9,652 nucleotides of DNA. It comes from Promethearchaeota archaeon. GTDB taxonomy: Archaea > Asgardarchaeota > Odinarchaeia > Odinarchaeales > JBHLKK01. Below are positions 6,567 through 9,652 of this stretch, piece by piece. The stretch lies in the NCBI GenBank assembly GCA_048939465.1, contig JBHLPL010000072.1, positions 1 to 9,652 on the forward strand, read 5' to 3'. The notes under the pieces were generated by a model. The model was given only the letters and a program-made list of their open reading frames with translations, searched no databases and was not told the DNA's origin. The position numbers and the translations under genes were made by a program. Numbering within the stretch: the first letter of the stretch is position 1; every line of letters begins with the position of its first letter.

Positions 6567-8903
6567 CTAAAGCTGTCGACCACATCTTATGCAGAACCTT
6601 GCGCCTGCGGGGTTTATATGACCGCAGTAGGAGCATAAGACCTCAGAAGGCTGTACGTATTCAGGTGACTCAGCTTCTTCTCTCTCTGGTGCAATCTCTT
6701 CCGGTACGGCCTCTTCCTCATGAGCTGGTTCAAGTAAGGTTCTCCTAGGTTCGGGAACTGCGACTTCGGGCCGAGGTGACCTTGCCTTTAGAAATGCAGC
6801 TACTCCAATTACAGCAATCACTCCTATGCACGCAGCGGTAACTATGATAGTAGGATCCTGTTGACCGTCCCGAGGAAGCTGGGATCCCCAAATGCCATGT
6901 TGCGGTTCGGGTTCAGTGTATTTTCTCACAAAAACGTTGTCGAAGTACGAAATATCTGAGGCTTCATTTTCATAGTTTATTAGACCAGGTTCTCCACTTG
7001 AAAGACTTGTGTCAGCAATTGATTCATATTCTGTCCCATTTATCCAAAATCTAAGTTGTGTGTCATAAATCCTAAATTCTAACCTGTTCCACTGATCGTA
7101 CATGCCACCAGTAAAGGCGTGTTTAGTTAAGCAAGTCGGTGTGCCACTCACATGCTCAACTATTTCTGCATCTGGAGTAGGGTCAGGGACGGCTATTCGG
7201 ACATCATAGTAGTTTTCGGGGTTGGTATAACGTCCGATCAACCCATACATATCCCACTTATCAGCACCCCTTGCATTGCAGTAGATGCGAGCAATAATAC
7301 AATAATCCGTATAAGTTACATTTTGATAGACAAGAGCCCTATTGTCGATAAGAATCGGATCCAGCTTGCCTGAATATGTGCCATCATAAGAGTAATCTGT
7401 AGATGCTACAAGAGTTCCGTCAGATGTGCTCCAGTCTGCCGTGTCTCCATCTTCAAAATCATCAAACACTAAGAAAGTATTTCGACCGTTACTTGTTGTC
7501 GTTGCACCGCTGTTACCATAGTACATGAAGATTGATGCGCTAGTAGTGCTCAGATCATCTCTGATTTCAACCCAAAACACTCCATAGTCGGAGTCCACCT
7601 TTTCCTCAATCCAATAGTCGAGCTCTGTTATACCATCATCGTCTGTGAATCTGATGTCGCCGAAATCCGCTCTGCATTGAGAATCACAATAAGCATTCTC
7701 ACCGCTATCTGTTCCCGTACCATAATGAACGATTATTTCTACTTGATAGTTTGTTCCTGCACCGGGAGCAGGATTTATTGTATGACTTTTCCGGTGACTC
7801 CACCCGTTAAGCCAGTTAGATTCTTCGTTGCCCCAACTACCGTGAGTAGGTTCCGGATAAGTGTATTTTCTAACTCTGAAATCATCATCGAAGTATCCAA
7901 ATCCATCTGTCGCTGACGAACCGCTGCAGATGCTATTATGAAAACGTCCATAGCCTGTTCGTGTATGTGACAAATATTGTACGTGTTCTATGGTCTCATC
8001 AAATCCTCCTGAGAAGACCTCCAGTACAATCGAGGTCGAATCGATCCTTGTTCTCACATAATACCATGTGTCCCAAGAGAAATGGGCCCAGTCACCAGGG
8101 GTGTGTAAGCCTCCTTCCACCTTTTCCAGTATTATACGAAAGTGGGTGGAATTATAGCTCCCTTGTGTGCAGCTTAGCTTATTGTCGTTATCCTGAATCC
8201 AGACTTGCCATTGATGCGCATAGCCACCTATTGAGGTCCGATCATAATCAACATATAGCTCAAACTCGACGATTCTTTCTAGGGGCCAGCTGTCATCGGA
8301 CTCTCGATAGTTTGCAGCGCTGACTCCACTTCCCGCATCCTTCCAGCTTTCCATTCTCTGATTTTGCTCTGCCAAATGTACAGCACTTGCGTTATTATTA
8401 TCGAGTTGCCAGTTCCACTTACTTGCATCAAGAGAATTGTCATCGTAGGAATCGAAGAAAACAAACGTAGCATCTCCATTGCTTGTAGTACTTGCTGCAG
8501 GATTTCCATAGTAGGTATAGATCGTAGCATCAGAAGTACTGAGATCATCTGCGACTTCAACCCAAAACACAGCCTTATCAGAATCTGTCTTCTTCTCCAT
8601 CCAGTAGTCCAGTAACGTGATTCCATCGTTATCTGTGAATCGAATGTCTCCAAAATCCGTTTTGCATTTGCCACCGGAGAAGATATCAAATCCGCTATCC
8701 GTGCCGGACCCGTAGTGAACGACTATCTTCACCTGGTAGTTTGTACCCGCTCCGGAAGCAGAGCCGATCACATGGCTTTTGCGATAGCTCCAACCAACAA
8801 GCCAAGACTCCCCATCAGGAGAGGCGGAGACAATGGTCGGTACGAATGGAAAGAAGAACAGCATAACCAAAACAAAAGCTACGACTCGCTTTCTGCTCCC
8901 CAT
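6567..8903 (-). CDS. Membrane-anchored surface protein: signal peptide, two DUF2341 plus ConA/lectin-like modules, TM helix, Pro/Glu linker and C-terminal zinc ribbon
   Basis: The ORF is open from 8957. ATG 8903 is preferred (GGGAGAG upstream; MGSRKR, hydrophobic core, VSA cleavage-like site). WLxGWSxRKSHxI...DFGDIRFTDxDG...LDYWxE...FWV...YYGN occurs twice, 330 aa apart. The TM helix is IIVTAACIGVIAVIGVAAFL, followed by CSYCGHINPAGARFCIRCG. Confidence 0.9.
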   Translation of the reverse strand: MGSRKRVVAFVLVMLFFFPFVPTIVSASPDGESWLVGWSYRKSHVIGSASGAGTNYQVKIVVHYGSGTDSGFDIFSGGKCKTDFGDIRFTDNDGITLLDYWMEKKTDSDKAVFWVEVADDLSTSDATIYTYYGNPAASTTSNGDATFVFFDSYDDNSLDASKWNWQLDNNNASAVHLAEQNQRMESWKDAGSGVSAANYRESDDSWPLERIVEFELYVDYDRTSIGGYAHQWQVWIQDNDNKLSCTQGSYNSTHFRIILEKVEGGLHTPGDWAHFSWDTWYYVRTRIDSTSIVLEVFSGGFDETIEHVQYLSHTRTGYGRFHNSICSGSSATDGFGYFDDDFRVRKYTYPEPTHGSWGNEESNWLNGWSHRKSHTINPAPGAGTNYQVEIIVHYGTGTDSGENAYCDSQCRADFGDIRFTDDDGITELDYWIEEKVDSDYGVFWVEIRDDLSTTSASIFMYYGNSGATTTSNGRNTFLVFDDFEDGDTADWSTSDGTLVASTDYSYDGTYSGKLDPILIDNRALVYQNVTYTDYCIIARIYCNARGADKWDMYGLIGRYTNPENYYDVRIAVPDPTPDAEIVEHVSGTPTCLTKHAFTGGMYDQWNRLEFRIYDTQLRFWINGTEYESIADTSLSSGEPGLINYENEASDISYFDNVFVRKYTEPEPQHGIWGSQLPRDGQQDPTIIVTAACIGVIAVIGVAAFLKARSPRPEVAVPEPRRTLLEPAHEEEAVPEEIAPEREEAESPEYVQPSEVLCSYCGHINPAGARFCIRCGRQL
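6890..8804 (-). repeat. Intragenic tandem duplication of a module of about 330 aa (8804-7815 and 7814-about 6890)
   Basis: The first ~125 aa and the last VRKYTxPEPxHGxWG are conserved between modules, while the middles are unalignable by eye. Confidence 0.85.
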
Positions 8904-8937
8904 GGCACTCTCCCGTAAGGAATAGATCAGTACAGCC

Positions 8938-8966
8938 AAATAAAGATTACCTGTCAAAAATCTTTA
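8938..8966 (-). promoter_or_regulatory. 8-bp inverted repeat TAAAGATT-N10-AATCTTTA overlapping a TATA-like TTTATTT
   Basis: Perfect arms at 8941-8948 and 8959-8966. The TATA-like box at 8944-8938 is about 35 nt upstream of ATG 8903. Confidence 0.4.
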
Positions 8967-9004
8967 CTTGCGGCGCTCTCATAACCGGATGAAAACAGCA
9001 GAGC

Positions 9005-9652
9005 TTACTTCATGTATCTTCCGCATCTTATACAGTACTTCGCGCCAGCTGGATTCACATGACCGCAGTGAGAGCATAAAACATCAGAAGGCAGTAGACG
9101 CCCGGGTTCTTCAGCTTCTTCTCTTTCTGGTGTAATTTCTTCTGGCGCTCTCTCTTCTTCATGAGTTGGTTCGGATAAGGGTCTCCTGGGTTCGGGAACT
9201 GCCACTTCAGGCCGAGGTGACCTTGCCTTTAGAAATGCAGCAATTCCAATTGCGGTAAACGCTCCGATCCCGGCGACGGCGATTATGACGGTGAGATCCT
9301 GTCCACCATCCTGAGGAAGCTGAGAATCCCAACTGCCGTGTTGTGGTTCAGGTTCAGTGTATTTTCTTACGTAAACAACATCAAAATACGCTATATCCTC
9401 AGGTTCATCCTTATAATTTCTTAAGCCAATATAACCGCTAGTATGGGTACCATCTGTACCTGTTAAGTATTCTGCATCGTTTATCAAAAATCTAAAACGA
9501 GTCCCATCAAGCCTAAATTCAAGTTTGTTCCATTTACCGTACTTATCGCTATCTGAAAAAGCAGCATCTGCTAGATCGTTACCAACCCCCCCTGTTACTT
9601 CTCTTATTTTTATTCTTTGATTAGTCAGTGCCGCTTCATAGCGATTATCCAC
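9005..9652 (-). CDS. C-terminal part of a paralogous membrane-anchored lectin-like/zinc-ribbon surface protein (5' end beyond the window)
   Basis: The frame is open to the window edge. WNKLEFRLDGTRFRFLIND matches WNRLEFRIYDTQLRFWING of the neighbour. The last 120 aa are 87/120 identical to the neighbour, including the TM helix and CSHCGHVNPAGAKYCIRCG. Confidence 0.9.
   Translation of the reverse strand: MDNRYEAALTNQRIKIREVTGGVGNDLADAAFSDSDKYGKWNKLEFRLDGTRFRFLINDAEYLTGTDGTHTSGYIGLRNYKDEPEDIAYFDVVYVRKYTEPEPQHGSWDSQLPQDGGQDLTVIIAVAGIGAFTAIGIAAFLKARSPRPEVAVPEPRRPLSEPTHEEERAPEEITPEREEAEEPGRLLPSDVLCSHCGHVNPAGAKYCIRCGRYMK

Noticed and set aside
4352-8918. Antisense or alternate-frame ORFs overlapping RACo and the DUF2341 gene (also 515-718, 1571-1897, 1653-1982)
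   Set aside because: They are shadows of well-supported long genes and have no motifs of their own.
6567-9652. Diversity-generating retroelement (TR/VR pair) targeting the lectin-like proteins
   Set aside because: Differences between the repeats involve all bases and are mostly codon-type, not adenine-specific, and there is no reverse transcriptase in the window.
1-9652. CRISPR array, tRNA or rRNA
   Set aside because: No regularly spaced repeats, cloverleaf or rRNA signatures were seen.

Overview
AT-leaning window that looks archaeal (TATA-box promoters, oligo-T terminators, DUF2341 surface proteins and RACo; the lineage is inference only). It encodes a 6-TM membrane protein with possible TMEM175-like features, a cytoplasmic PQQ/BamB-type beta-propeller fused to a C-terminal Cys4 domain, an HD-domain phosphohydrolase, a RACo-type [2Fe-2S]/ASKHA reductive activator of corrinoid proteins, and two tandem paralogous membrane-anchored DUF2341/lectin-like proteins with a cytoplasmic zinc ribbon (the second is truncated by the window edge). 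The most interesting signal is non-coding. At 1219-1441 (- strand) there is a 223-bp gene-less IS200/IS605-family element with both TnpA-type end hairpins, a TTTAC target motif, a TTCAC right end, an internal TATA box and what looks like a TnpB reRNA (omegaRNA) scaffold. A second, diverged left-end-only copy (51/66 nt identical) lies upstream of the RACo gene at 6208-6273.
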